From assembly GCF_036321535.1 (NCBI RefSeq), contig NC_087437.1, positions 32,676,001 through 32,740,000 on the forward strand: a stretch of 64,000 nt of DNA. Reading direction: 5' to 3'. This document shows, in pieces, positions 12,231 through 26,424 of the stretch. The notes below the pieces were generated by a model, which had not been told where the DNA came from, did not search any database, and saw only the letters and a list, made by a program, of their open reading frames with translations. The translations under genes were made by a program, and so were the position numbers. The number at the start of each line of letters is the position of its first letter. Within the stretch, counting starts at the first letter, position 1. Origin of the DNA: Camelus dromedarius. Lineage: Eukaryota.

Positions 12231-13959
12231 TCATTTTAGTATTTTTAAAATCAGATAATAAGAACATAATAAAAACTCACCTTAATCAAGTGGTTATTTT
12301 TGGGTAAAGAAAATTCTTAACTGTTTAAAGGTGAAAACAAGAAAGTAAGAAAAAGACAGGAAATAAGAAAACTTAGATGATCATTGTTACCCAATTATGT
12401 ACAGATTCCTTAATGAAAACACACACATACACAGAGATATGTGGTTATATATTATATATAATATAAATATGTAAATGGATATTACATACACATATTTAAA
12501 TATATATACATGTATACTATGCATATGTGGGATTTCATAATCATAGTATTTTGAAGTTGGAAAAGATCATAGTGATCTTATACGCAGTGCAGTTTCATTT
12601 TCAGTGAGGAAACTGCCTTAGGTATGTTAGTGATTTAATGATTCAAGACCAAGTCTTCCCAATGTTCTGTTGAACTACAAAATGTTAGAAATCTGAACAG
12701 CTTGGAGATTCAGACTATACTTAAAGTCTAATTCTGGCTCTAGATAAATAGCTTTAAGTTTTGAATTAAGTCCTGACAGTGGTTTTCAATTAGGATTGCA
12801 TTGGATTCAGGGAAGATATGGCTCACCTGATTCTGAAAACAAAGCTGTAGTTTAACATACTGCTTTCTTAATGGTAGGGCTATTTAGCTTATTTTGAATA
12901 AATATTAAAGGAAAATGTGAGAGTTTTGTTTATCTGATCATTAACTATCTTAACCATTACATAAGATGAATCTTCCTTTTAACTTTAAGACAAATAGGCT
13001 TCTTAGCTAAGCTAATACCTAATTATAAAAACCGACGGTCTATTTCTGTATGTTTTTTCCTTTTGTATACTAAATATACAAATATAATCATAGCCATATA
13101 GAACACAGTTAAAAAGAAAAAAATTACCCAGTTTCACCACTTAAATATTACCAGTTGTTTTCATTTTTGCTCTTACTCAAGTATACATATTTTCTTAAAT
13201 TGTAATCTCTGTACATACAGGTTTAAATAATGCTATAATGAATATCTTTCAAGAAAAACTTTTCAGCTATATTCCTAGAAATGAGATTGCTTTGTTAAAA
13301 AAGCATCAACATTTTTGTAACTCTTTATTTAACTTGCTTAATTGCATTTTGAAAGCATTATATCACCACTTTATGTAGGTACTAGCAGTGTGAAGAGATG
13401 ACTTCAACTTTAGTACTTAGTTTATAGTACATCATCAGCTTTGGTACTTTAGTCAACATTTCCTTCCCCAAATTTCACAAGTGAAGTGATTATAGTTAAT
13501 TGTTTCAGTTTGTACTTTGGTGATGATTAATGAGGTCTTATCCATTTAAAATTTTAGAATTTTCAGTTAGAAAAATGTAACTAAAAGATAGTAAAATATC
13601 TTTTATCTTTGGGAATGTGGGAATATAGAATTAGGTAGTTGATCCCTAAACCAAATGTCATATAATTAACAATAAGTGCAATTTAAATGATAAGAAAATT
13701 GTTATAATGAACTGTCCTCAGGATTGACTCTTTTAAGAGACATTTGAAAAAATTTAGGACAAGTTTACATTATTCATAAATTATAAAAACAGTTAATTAA
13801 TAATACTAGAAGAACGTACTAGAGCTGTTTCTCATATGTTGTCATTTTGCTTTAAATAAAACATCTTAAATTTTTATAGAGTAAAAAAAATACTATATTA
13901 AGTTTCATCCACTGTTCCATTATGTCAGAATAATTTTCTTTGAATTTAAACCTTTAGAA

Positions 13960-14153
13960 ATGGGACGCCGGTCCTCAGATACTGAAGAAGAAAGCAGAAG
14001 CAAGAGAAAAAAGAAACACCGTAGACGGTCTTCTTCAAGTAGTTCTTCAGATAGTAGGACATATAGCCGAAAGAAAGGTGGAAGAAAATCAAGGTCAAAG
14101 TCAAGATCTTGGTCCAGAGATCTTCAGTCTCGCTCACATTCTTATGACAGAAG
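13960..14153 (+). CDS. RSRC1: Arginine/serine-rich coiled-coil 1 (SRrp53), first coding exon. Exon 2 starts at 13958 and has 194 coding nt.
   Basis: Acceptor cctttag|AAATGG; translation [64 protein letters not shown]; donor AG|GTGATT. Confidence 0.96.
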
Positions 14154-14277
14154 GTGATTTGCATAATTTTACTTATATGGTAATGAGAGTAATATTCTTT
14201 AGAGTTCATATGTTTTTGTACTTCTTAAAAAATGTTTTTGTACTTTTAATTTCTTCTGGGTAAAACACTTTTCTTTT

Positions 14278-14498
14278 TTCTTTCTTTCTTTCTTTATTTT
14301 AACATTTTTTATTGATTTATAATCATTTTATAATGTTGTGTCAAATTCCAGTGTAGAGCACAATTTTTCAGTCATACATGAACATATATATATTCATTGT
14401 CACATTTTTTTCTCTGTGAGCTACCATAAGATCTTGTGTATATTTCCCTGTGCTATACAATATAATCTTGTTTATCTATTTCAAAATTGTAGAATAAA
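14278..14498 (-). mobile_element. Young short L1 3' fragment in RSRC1 intron 2, with 17-bp TSD and a small 5' inversion
   Basis: TSD TAAAACACTTTTCTTTT at 14261-14277 and 14499-14515; body closely matches 55485-55664. Confidence 0.9.
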
Positions 14499-14897
14499 TA
14501 AAACACTTTTCTTTTAGTAGTTATATGTTTATGAGGGTTAGGTCCCAACCAAAAGATTTTTTTTCGCCCCTAGGACCAGCCTGTACATCTTAATCTTTTG
14601 TCTGTTCTTTGTAAACAAGTAGGTATAAACTGGTATAGTTCTCATACCATATTATCTAATAATATTTGGAAGGATTGTATACTACTTAAGACCCCTAATG
14701 TCTTAATTAGTAGCTAATCCAATCTCTAAATTATGAATCAGTCTTCTGACTGTTCAAGAGGAGTAACATTTTATCTGTTTGCTTCTAAGGAGTCAGACAT
14801 AGTAAAAATGAGACGATTCTTTAGAATCTGGATAATTTCTCCTTAATGCCCATACAGATGTTTTATAGTAATGATACTTGATTATATTTTATTTCAG

Positions 14898-15023
14898 ACG
14901 CAGGCACCGTTCAAGCAGTAGTTCTTCTTATGGCTCTAGAAGAAAACGAAGTCGAAGTCGTTCGAGAGGTCGAGGGAAATCCTATAGAGTTCAGAGGTCT
15001 AGGTCAAAAAGCAGAACAAGAAG
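14898..15023 (+). CDS. RSRC1: RSRC1 exon 3 (126 nt, phase 2-2, RS-rich)
   Basis: Acceptor atttcag|ACG; continues the frame as [41 protein letters not shown]; donor AG|GTATGC. Confidence 0.96.
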
Positions 15024-15029
15024 GTATGC

Positions 15030-15815
15030 CATATCAGATATTTGTTGCTTTGTAACAAACTGTCCCCAAATTTAGTGACTTAAAGCAATAATCATTTGTT
15101 TTTTCACTATTTTACAATTTTGATTGAGCTCAGCTGGCAGTTCTTCTGCTAGTCTTACCTGGGGTCACTCATGTGGTTTTAGTTATCTGATAGCTTGACT
15201 GGAACTGGATGGTCCATTGTGGCCTCATTCATGTATCTGGTATTTAGTGTGGGCTGTTGGCTGGGGGACCTTAGTTTTCCTGTGGCTTCTCTTCCTCTAG
15301 TAGGAATGGCTGGGCTTTTTCACATGAGAAACAAAGTATTTCAAGAAGATAAGAATAGAAACTGCAAAAATCTCTTAAGATCTAGCCTCAGTAATAACCC
15401 AGTGTGTTGTGGAGTGAATCTGTCCCCCCTAAATTTGTATGTTGAAACCCCAACACCCAGTATAAATGTATTTGGAGATAGGGTCTTTATGAGGTAATAA
15501 AGATTAAATGCGGTCATAATGGTGGGGCCCTAATCCAGTAGGACTGGTGGCCTTATAAGAAGAGGAAGAGAGGTATTTCTCTTTGAGCTGCGCACTCAGA
15601 GGAAAGGCCAAGTGAGGACACAGTGAAAAGGTAACTCTACAAAGCAGGAATAGAACCCTTATCATGAACCAGATTATCTGGCATCTTGATCTTAGACTTA
15701 CAGCCTTTGTGAGAAATATATTTCTGTTATTTAAGCTGGCCAGTCTGTGGTTTTGTTATTGCAGCCTGAGCAGATGAATACATGATGTTACTTTACCTGC
15801 ATTTTCTGGCTGTGC
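15030..15815. mobile_element. MaLR LTRs: an older antisense MLT1 interrupted by a sense MLT1A/B-like solo LTR (15405-15782)
   Basis: Typical MLT1 motifs (aacaaactgtccccaaatttagtgacttaaagc; tatttggagatagggtcttt...ggccttataagaagagg); the inner LTR has TG...CA ends. Confidence 0.75.
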
Positions 15816-17582
15816 TCAAGGGCCAATAATACAGAGCAAAGCCTGTCTGGAAAGAGTTGTACATTTTGGCTAATGCTAGAAAATATGGTTGAATAGGATG
15901 GGGACCATGGTGTGGAGTTGACTTGATAAAAAGAGGTATTTGGAAGTTATTGACGGTTTTTGAGCAGAAGAATGTTAGGATAAAAACAGCTTTTTAGAAA
16001 GATCAGTTTCTTTCCTCTGCTCAGTTCTTACTACTATTAGGCTCTAGTTGTGGGGGTATATTAACAGCCTGATTTTATTATCTAGGCCTAAAATTCTATA
16101 AATGTCTCTGTGAATCTGAAGTTGGATGATAGCAGTAAAGTCCAGATGTTTAGCTTTTCTGGCCTTGTGTTATTTGGCCTCAGCCTCCTCTCCTTTGTAT
16201 ACACTCCACATAGAAGCAGGCCACTCTTTGTTCCATGCCTTTGTTCTCTATACATGTCCGTGAGTTGCTAGCTTTGTTTCTTTAAGCATGCTATTCCAGT
16301 TTCTTACATTATCTCTACTCTAAGTCTTCCTACCTTTTGGTGTTCAGTTCTGTTTAATCTCTAATTCTCTTCTTCCTTAAATCCTTTTTTGATTTTTATC
16401 TTTTTATTCCCAAGTCAAATTTAACCCATACTTTCTGTGACCTATCGTCACATTTGGTTCCTGATATGTAACAGTTATATTACAAATATTTTTGTTATTT
16501 TCATATATTGTGAACTCTTGCAGGAGAATCTCTTAGTACTTAACACAATGCCTTGCTTGGTAAACATGCCTTGATTGATTAATTGGGGAAATGAAATTAG
16601 CTAAAGAACTGATTTTTGTAGCAAGGAAAAATTTTATTATTTTATTGATTTGTAGAAGGAAAGCTTTTTTTTGGACGTATTGATCTGTCTAAAAAGAGGC
16701 TGATTACCAGAAAACAACTTCAACTGAAATTTTCTGTCATTGGGAACAGAAATAATAATCCATCCTTTGCATGGTCTTGATTTTTCTGTTTGTAGAGTAT
16801 TTTCACATACACTTTATCAGTCTGTCACAGTTTGATTAGGAAGATACAGATCACTCAATTCCAAGTATCGAAGTTTTAACGTGGGGAGTTAAAAGCTTAT
16901 ATAACCTTTGGAAGGGCTCAGAGAATTAGGGACGCTGTTACTGATTATTTTAGCCTGAAGCACGGAAGCTGGTTGTTTTCTCAGAAGTCACTGGAAATCT
17001 TAAAAACTCGGTTTGTAGCACCAAAGTGGATGGTTCTCAATAAACTGCTTACCTGGGAACTGCTTCTCTACCCAAGTATTTACTTACAACTGCCGCCAGA
17101 AGGGAATCTGGAAACATAAATTTCTTCTCTTTTGCAATGAAGGGAAACCTTAAAAGGAATGGCAGTGATGTCTAGTCAGCAACAAACTATCCAGCACATA
17201 TGCATTTTACTAAATGTTTTGAGTTTTGTAACTCTTTTAGGCTGTCATGCAGGGTGATACCTTCATTTTATACATAAGGAAACGACTTCAGAAGTTTACT
17301 CAAAATAGCAACTTCTCAGCCTCTTGCATTGACAATTACTTCTGCATTTAACTGCAATAACTAAATAATCCAGAGGCACTAAGAAGTCCTAAATTTTGAG
17401 AAAATACTTCATTCATGTTCTATACATGATATTATTTTGGAAAATGTATTCTAGGGATTTATTCTTCAAAATACTTAAACTAAATGAGTTCCTAGGTTAA
17501 TCTTGTTTTCAAGAAAGTTGAACAACTCACTCCTTGAACAGTTTAGTTAATCAACACTTTAATTTAAACAGAGAAGATGTAA

Positions 17583-17802
17583 GTACATTTGTTCCAGGAT
17601 CTGCAGGGGTTTGGTTCCAGGACCTGCTGCAGAAACCAAAATCTGAGGATGCTCAGATCCCATAGTTGGTCTTCTGTATCCATGTTTCCATATCCATGTA
17701 CTTAAGCAACTTCAGATCTTTGTAGTACTGTACTGATTGAAAAAAATCTGCTTAAAAGTGGACCCTTGCAGTTCAAACCCATGTGGCTCAAGGGTCAACT
17801 AT
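17583..17802. mobile_element. Tigger-derived MITE (MER2-like)
   Basis: Contains ggttccaggacc...aaaatctgaggatgctc and terminal caagggtcaactata. Confidence 0.7.
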
Positions 17803-20800
17803 AGTGAATTAAAAAAAAAAAGTCCAATGTGATTCTAAATCTAAAAGTATGTTGTTAATGATCTCTGTGCTTCTTAATAGAAAAGAGTGAATTTGGTCAT
17901 GGAAAGACAAAAACTTCCAGACAACTTTGTTGTTATGTGTCTAAAAAATAATTGAAAGATGAAGCATGTTTTGGGGGACGGCAGGAGGAGCAAGATCAAA
18001 TATGTGAAGTTTGTTGCACATTTCCATGGATAAGTTATAGAGTAATTAGATGATATGCTTTTTAGTATAATTTTTATTATGTTCTTCATGAAGTACTCAA
18101 GTTGTGACATATATTGTATCATTTCATGTTGCAACGATGAGAAACCTACTATTACTCACAATATATTTTCTTGTAATTTCCTCAATTCTAGAATATACAG
18201 AAAGTAGTTTTAGAGTTGCTGATAGGTACCACTGTGGAAAACAAACTTATAGAGCTTGATATTTTTTATGGTTCTTTTTATCTTTACTCTAGGGTATTTG
18301 GTTCTCCCCTCCACTTCATTATGGTTAGTTTCTCCAAAGAGTTAGGTTTATTTGTTTCTGTTTATATTTTATTTTAGGTTTTTTATTCCCCTAAGTTTTT
18401 AAAATTGTATTTACTTATTGGTCCCTTTGCCTTTATTTTAGTATATGAAACATTAATATGATTCCAAAAGACAGGACTGTACTAAAAGGTGTACATAGAG
18501 AAATATCATGCCCTTTTCTTCCTTCTCTCCTGTTCCAAATCACCTCCCTGGGTAACTAATCCTGTTAGTTTGTGCTTTAGCTTTCCTGTTTCTTTTTAAA
18601 CAAAGTAGTGGTTATATCTATGGCATACTATAGATACTCTTTTACACTTCGCTTTTTCTGTTTGCTAATGTATCTTGGAAATCACTGTATCAATTAATAG
18701 TAATCTTACTCATTTTTTTAAATAGCTGCTTGTTATACTACATTGTGTGTATATATCATAATTTGTTTAGCTACTTACCTTGGTGTGAACATTAAGGATA
18801 TCACCAATATTTTATAGTTACTAAGATGCTATCATGAATAACCTTGTACATGAGTATTTTTGTATGTTTGGAGGTATATCTTCAAGGGAAACTCCTAGAA
18901 GTGCGATTGCTGGGCCAAAAGGTGAATAAATTTATACTTTTGTTAGAAGTTGCCGAATTCCTCTCAGTAATGTAAGAGAGTTCTGTTTCCTTACAGTCTC
19001 ACCAATAGAATGACATTTAAAATTTTTATTTTATTTTTAATTGAAATTTATTTTTTACTAATTATGATTAGTTTTGTTCTTAATTGAAGCATTATTGACT
19101 CACAATATTATATTATTTTCAAATGTAAAATACAGTGATTTGATATTTTCATGTTACGAAATAATCACCACAGTGAGTCTAGTTACCATCTGTCACCATT
19201 TAAAGTTATCACAATATTATTGACTATATTCCTTATGCTGTATGTTATATTCCCTTGACTTACTTATTTTGTAACTGGAAGTTTATTCCTCTTAATCTCC
19301 CTTACGAATTTTACTCATCACCCTCCCAACCCGCTCCCCTGTAGCAACCATCAGAGGGTTGGTTGTATCTGAAAGTGTTTCTGTTTTGTTATGTCTGTTC
19401 ATTTGCTTTGTTTTTTAGATCCACATGTAAGTGAAATCATATGGTATTTGTCTTTTTCTGTCTGACTTATTTCACTTAGTGTAATGTGCTTTAGGTCCAT
19501 CCAGGTTGTCACAGATGGCAAGATTTTGTCCTTTTTTTAGGCTGAGTAATAGTCCATTGTGGGTTTGTGTGTATACACATAGCTTTATTCATTCATCTGT
19601 CGATGGACACTTAGATTGCTTCCTTATTTGGCTATTGTAAATAATGCTGCAATGATGGACACTTAGATTGCTTCTATATTTGGCTACTGTAAATAATGCT
19701 GCAATGAGCACAGGGGTGCATATATCTTTCTGAATTAGTATTTTTGTTTTCTTGGAAAAATACCCAAAAGTGGAATGGAATTGGTTGGATTATACTATAT
19801 TTCCTTTCTTTTTTTTTAGTACAATATGTTTGTTTGATTGATTGATGTCACAACGTGTCAGTTTCTGGTGTACAGCTTAATGTTTCAGTCATGCATATAC
19901 ATATGTTTGTTTTCATATTCTTTTTCATTATAGGTTTAGTATTTCTATTTTTAATTTTTTGGGAGAACTTCTGTACTATTTTCCATAGTGCCTTTACCAA
20001 TTTACATTCTCACCAGCAGTGGACAACAGTTCCTTTTTCTCCTTATCCTTAATTTCTTGTCTTTTTGTTAATAGCCATTCTCATAGGTGTGAAGTGATTT
20101 CTCATTGGGATTTTTATTTTCATTTTCTTGATGATTAGAGATGTTGAGCATCTTTTCATGTCTCTTTGGGTCATCTGTGTGTCTTCTTTGGAAAAATGTC
20201 TATTCCGGTCCTCTGCCTGGGAAAAATTGGATTTTGTAATCCAGTTTGGTTTTTTTTGATGTTGAGTTGTATGAGTTCATTGTATATTTTGGGTATTAAC
20301 CCATTATCAGATATATCATTTGCAAATATCTTTGCCATTCAGTAGGCTGTCTTTTTGTTTTGTTGGTAGTTTCATTCACCTTGCCAAAGCTTTTTGGTTT
20401 GATGTAGTTCCATTTGTTTACTTTGCTTTTGTTTCCCTTGCCTAAGGAGACATGTCCAAAAAAATATTGCTAAAACCGTTGTCAAAGCCCTTACTGCCTT
20501 TTTCTTCTAGAATTTTTATGATTTCAAATCTTACATTGAAGTCTTTGATTTATTTTGACTTCATTTTTGTATATGGTGTGGAAAAGTAGTCCATTAGGAT
20601 TCTTTTGCATTGTGGTTGTCCAGTTTCCCCAGCACCATTTGTTGAAGAGATTGTCTTTTCCCTATTGTATATTCTTACCTTTTTTGTTGTGAATTAATTG
20701 CCCATATAACTGTGGGTTCATTTCTGGGGTTTCTATTCTGTTCCATTGATTTGTGTGTCTGTTTTTATGCCAGTACCATACTGTTTTGATGACAGTCGCA

Positions 20801-21060
20801 GTGTAGTACAGTTTAAAATCAGGGAGCATAATACTTCAAGCTTTATTCTTCTTTCTCAAAATTGTTTTGGCTATTCGAGGTCTTTTGTGCTTCCATACAA
20901 ATTTTAGAATTATTTGTTCTAGTTTTGTAAAAAATGTTGTGGGTATTTTGATAGGAATTGCATTGTATGTCTTCTTTGGAAAAATGTCCAGATCCTCTGT
21001 CCATTTTTTAAATTGGATTATTTGGTTTTTTGCTATTGAGTTGTATAAGTTTCTTATATA

Positions 21061-21280
21061 CAGTTGACCCTTGAATGACTTGGTATTTGAACTGCAAGGG
21101 TCCACTTATATGTGGATTTTTTCCATTACGTAAATATTACAGTACTACACTATCCAAGTTTGGTTGTATCCATGGATGCAGATCTGGGGATATGGAAGGC
21201 TGAAAGTTATATGTGGATTTTTGACTGGGGGGGCAGGGGGAGTTGACACCCCAACCCCTGAGTTCTTCAAGGGTCAACTG
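21061..21280. mobile_element. Tigger2-type MITE (MER8-like) inserted in an L1
   Basis: Perfect 15-bp TIRs CAGTTGACCCTTGAA/TTCAAGGGTCAACTG with TA on both sides. Confidence 0.9.
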
Positions 21281-24200
21281 TATTTTGGATATTAACTTAT
21301 TAGATACATGATTTGCAAATATTTTCTCCCATTGAGTACACTGTATTTCCATTTGATTGATTGTTTCTTTTGCTGTGCAGAAGTTTTTTCATTTGAAGGT
21401 TTTCCTCTATGTCTTCTTCTAGGAGTTGTGGTTTCAGGTCTTATGTTTAAGTCTTTAATTCATTTTGAGTTGATTTTTGTGTATGGTGTAAGATAATGGT
21501 CCAGTTTCATTCTTTCACATATGGCTATCCAGTTTTCTCAACACCATTTATTGAAGAGAATATTCTTTCCTCATTATATATTCTTGGCTCCTCTGTTGTA
21601 AATTAATTGATAATGTACAAATGTGTTTATTTCTGAGCTGTCAGTTCTTTTCCATTGCTTTATGTGTCTGTTTTAATGCCCAAACTATACTGTTCTGATG
21701 ATTATAGCTTTGTGATATAGATTGAAATTAGGAAGCATGATTCTCCCAACTTTGTTCTTCTTTCTCAAGATTGTTATGGTCATTTGAGGTCTTTTGCAAT
21801 TCCATACAAATTTTAGGATTATTTGTTCTATTTCTGTGAAAATACCCGTGGACTTTTGATAGAGATTGTATTGAATCTGTGTATTATTTTGGGATTATAT
21901 TAATTTTATGCCCTACTTTTATTGCTTGAGTTAGTTTCAGTATTGATTCTTTAGAGTTTGTCAGATACACTATTATATTGTCTGTAAATAGAAATAATTT
22001 TACTTTTTTTTCCAATTTTTCTACTTCTGTTTGCTTTCTCTCATCTAGTTGCATTGCCTTTTACCTCCACTAAAATATTGAATACCAGTGGAGATGAAAT
22101 ATATCTTTGTCTTTTTCTTGATTTTAATGTAAGTGCCCCTTGTGTTTCCCCTTAAAAAATATACTGGTTCTGGGGTGAGAATATCTCTATTTTTTAAATA
22201 GAGATTTAAAAAAAATTTTTAAAAAAGATTTTTAAAAAAATCACTGTTTTTTTCCAAGAATGGATATTGAATTTTATTGAAGGCTTTTTTTTAAATCATC
22301 TGTGGATATAATCAATTTTTTCCCCCTTAGAGCTATTAAGGAACTAACCTTGCATTTCTGGAATAAATCTCATTTGGTCCTGGTGTAGTATTTTCTTAAG
22401 GTGCTGTGGGATTGTGTTCACTAATTTTTAAGTTTAGTACTTTCACATTTATAGTCATACGTGATGATGGTCTTTTTTTTTTTGGCACAGTGTTTATCAA
22501 GGTATTATTCTTACTTTATAAAAAGAATTGGGAGGGTTTTTCTTCATTTTTAATGCTGGGGAACTATTTGTGGAGCATTGGGACTATCTGGTATTCAAAG
22601 TTTTGGTAGATTTGTGAAAACATCTGGGCCTGGTGCTTTTTTGTTGAGTGGTACATTGGTAACTTTATTTATTTGACAGAAATACAGTCAGTATAAAGTT
22701 TATATTTCTTATAAGTTTAATATTGGTAAACTGTATTTTTCTAGTATATTATCTATTTCAACTGCATTTTGAAATTTATTTGCCTGGAAGTCTGCAAAGT
22801 AATTTTTTATGACTTGAAATTTTTTCTTCCGTTTCAATGCATATTTTTCTCTTGTCATCTATTATTTTGTGTATTTATGCATTCTCCTTTATTCGATTAC
22901 ATTGACAAGTGAATTGTCTATTTTAATTTAAAAGAAATCATTTTGATTTATTATTTAAATCTTTTCCTCCATTTTCTACCTTATTAATTTCTACTTTTAT
23001 TCTTATTTTCTGCTTTGTGCTTCCTTTGGTTTACTTTGTTATTCCTTTTCAAGTCTTTGGGCTGGGAATTTATTTAGATTTGTGCTTCATTTCTATTGAT
23101 AAAAATATTTAAGCATATGAATTTTCTTCTAATTACCGCTTCAGATATATCTCATAGGTATTTTCTAATATTTTTATGAAAAATTTCAAGGATACAGCAA
23201 AATTGAAAGAATTTTACAGTAAAGACCCATATGTCTACCACCTAGATGTTACCATTAACATTTTACTTATTACTTCATCACATATATATACATTGATCTG
23301 TTCCTCTCTCTGTCCATTAATTTATCCTAATTTTTAGATGCATTTCCAGTGGCAGACATTATAGGCTTTCCCCTTAAATACTTCAGCATACTTATCATTG
23401 AGTAGAGTTCAGTATTCCTTTACAGATTTTTCCTTTTGAAAACAAAAACTTTGAAATTTTCTTTTGAGGCAAAATTTATATGCATTGAAATGCACAAATT
23501 CTGAGCATACACTGGCTGAGTTTTGATGTATGCATATACCTGCCAAATATATTACCATTACCCCAGAAAGTCCCCCTGTAATTGTTGCCAATTAATTCCT
23601 GTATACATTCACCTCAGAGGTAACCACTGTTTTGATTTTTTTCAACTATAGATTAGTTTTCATTGGTATTACAAATTTTTATTCAGCGTGATACTTTTGA
23701 GATTCATCCATGTTGTGTATGTCAACAGTTCATTCCTTTTTATTATTGAATAGTATTCTATTGTATGGATATATCACTTTTTTAATAGAATTTTATGTAA
23801 ATGTAATCATATAGTAGTGATATTTTTCAAGTAACCTCTTACAGTAAGCATAATGCTTTGATTTATGTATCACTACTTTGTTCTTGTTTATTGCTAAGTA
23901 GTGAATATACCACAGTTTATCTGTTTTCCTGTTTATGGACTCCTCCCTGGGCTATTTCTGGGTTTGGCTATTATAAACTACTATAAACATTTCTTTAAAA
24001 AATCTTTTTGTGGATATCTGTGTTCATTTCTCTGAACTGAAAATCTAGTAGTGGAACTTCTTAGTCATAGTGTAGGTGTGTCTTTTAGTTTTAGAAGAAA
24101 CAAATATTTTCCAAGTGGTTTTCCGTGGCTGTATCATTTTATATTCCCACCAAAAATGTATGTGCATTCCCATTACTTACAAATTCACTGACACTTGGTG

Positions 24201-24678
24201 TATTAGTTTTATTAATTTTAGCAAAAGTGGTGGGCTTGTAGTGCTATTTCATGGTTTTAATTTGCAATTACAGTTTTAGCTTTTTTGTATCTATTGTGCA
24301 TTCAGATGATTTTTTATTGTGATTAAAACACATAAAAATTATAATTTTTAACAGATTTTTTGGGTACATTTTAGTATTGCTAACAATATGCACATTGTTG
24401 TACAACAGATCTCTAGAACTCTTGTCACCTTTCTTAATTGAAACGCTATACCCTTGAAACAACAACTCCCAGTTTCCCCCTACTCCCCTCTCCTGGCAAT
24501 CACCATTATACTTTTGTTTCTATGAATTTGATTGCTTCAGACAACTGGTATAGAAGTAGAATCATGCAGTGTTTGTCTTTTTTTATTTCCTTATTTCACT
24601 TTGCACTATGTCCCAAGTTTTATGTATGTTATAACATGGGACAGGATTTCCATCTTTTTTAAAGATGGAGTAAATATT

Positions 24679-24709
<31 letters not shown>

Positions 24710-26424
24710 AAGTGTGTACGTGTGTGTACATGTGTACGTACACCATATTTGCTTTATCTGTTCATCCGCTGATGGACATTTAGATTGTTTCTACATCTTG
24801 GATATTGTGAATAATGCTGCAATGAAGATGGGTGTGTACATATTTCTTCAGTACCCTGTTTCAGTTCTTTTTTGATATATATCCATAAGTGAGATTGCTG
24901 AATACCTGTGGAAGTTCTGTTTTTAAATTTTTGAGGTACCTCCATACTATTTTTCCATAGCTGCTGAACCATTTTACAATCTTACCAATAGTGCACTGGG
25001 GTTCTAGTTTCTCCACATTCTTGTCAACACTGGTTAATTTTTTTGATAGTGGCCATCCTAACAGATAATGAGATGGTATCTTGTGTTTTTGATCTGCATT
25101 TTGCTGATGACTTTGTAATGTTGGAATTTTTTCATATGCCTATTTGCTGTTTATGCATCTTCTTCAGAGAAATGTTTTTTGAGTCTTTTGACCAATTTTT
25201 AAACTGGTTATTTGTTTTTCTGTTTGTGAGTTGTAGGGATTTTTAAAAACAAAATATATTCTGTGTTTTGACCCCTCATTTGAGGTGTGGTTTGCAAATA
25301 TTTTCTTCTTATTTGGTAGATTGTCTTTTAACTGTTTATTATTTTCTATACAGAAGTTTTAAGGTTTGTGTAGTCCCATTTATCTACTTTTTTGGTGATA
25401 TCTTTATATGGTTTTGGTATCAGGGTAATAATGCTGGCTTATAACATGAGTTTGAAAGTGTCCTCCCCTCTTCAATTCTTTGGAACAGTTTGTGAGAGCT
25501 TGGCATTAATTCTTACTTAAATATTTGGGAGAATTCTCTAGTGAAGCCATCTGGTCCTGGGCTTTTACTTGTTGGAAGGTTTTTGATGACTGATTCAATC
25601 TCCTTACTTGTTATATAGGTCAGTTCAGACTTTCTATTTTTACATTATTTAGTTCTGGTTGATTGTTTATTTCTAGGAATGTATCCATTTCTTCTATGTT
25701 ATTTAATTTGTTGGTGTACAGTTGTTTATAGTAGTCTATAATCCTTTTTATTTCTTTGGCATCAGTTGTAATGTCTCCTCTTTCATATCTGATTTTAGTT
25801 ATGTGAGTCTCTCTCTCTCTTTTTTTCCGTAAGGGCTTACCAGTTTTGTTGATCTTTTTGAGAAATGAATTCTTTTGTGTGTATATGTGATTTTTTTTTT
25901 ATTAATGGACTTTATTCTTTTAGAGCAGTTTCAGGTTCACAGTAGAATTGAGCAGAAAATACAGAGAGTTCGCACATAGCCCTTCCCACCCACACATATA
26001 TACTCCCCTACCCTCAATACCCCCATCAGTGTGGCATATTTGGTACAATTGATGAACCAACATGGACACATTATTATCAACCAAAGTCCATAGTTTACAT
26101 TAGGGTTCACTCTTGATGTTGTACATTCTATGGGTTTTGACAAATATATAATATATAATGACATGTGGCCACCACTGTAGTTTGACACAGAATAATTTCA
26201 TTGCCCTAAAAATCCCTTGTGCTCCATCTGTTCATTCTTCCCTCCCTCCCTCTCCCCAGACCCCTGGAAACCACGATCTTTTTGTTGTTTATGTAGCTGT
26301 GCCTTTTCCAGAATGTCATTTGGTTGGAATTGTACAGTTTGTAGACTTTTCACACTGGCTTCTTTCATTTAGTAATATGTCTTTTAAGTTTCTTTCATGT
26401 CTTTCATGGCTTGATAGCTCATTT

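Noticed and set aside
22200..22242. AT-only quasi-palindrome (similar short repeats at ~47670-47710 and ~56925-56967)
   Set aside because: Low-complexity slippage products; no repeat-spacer array or functional hallmark.
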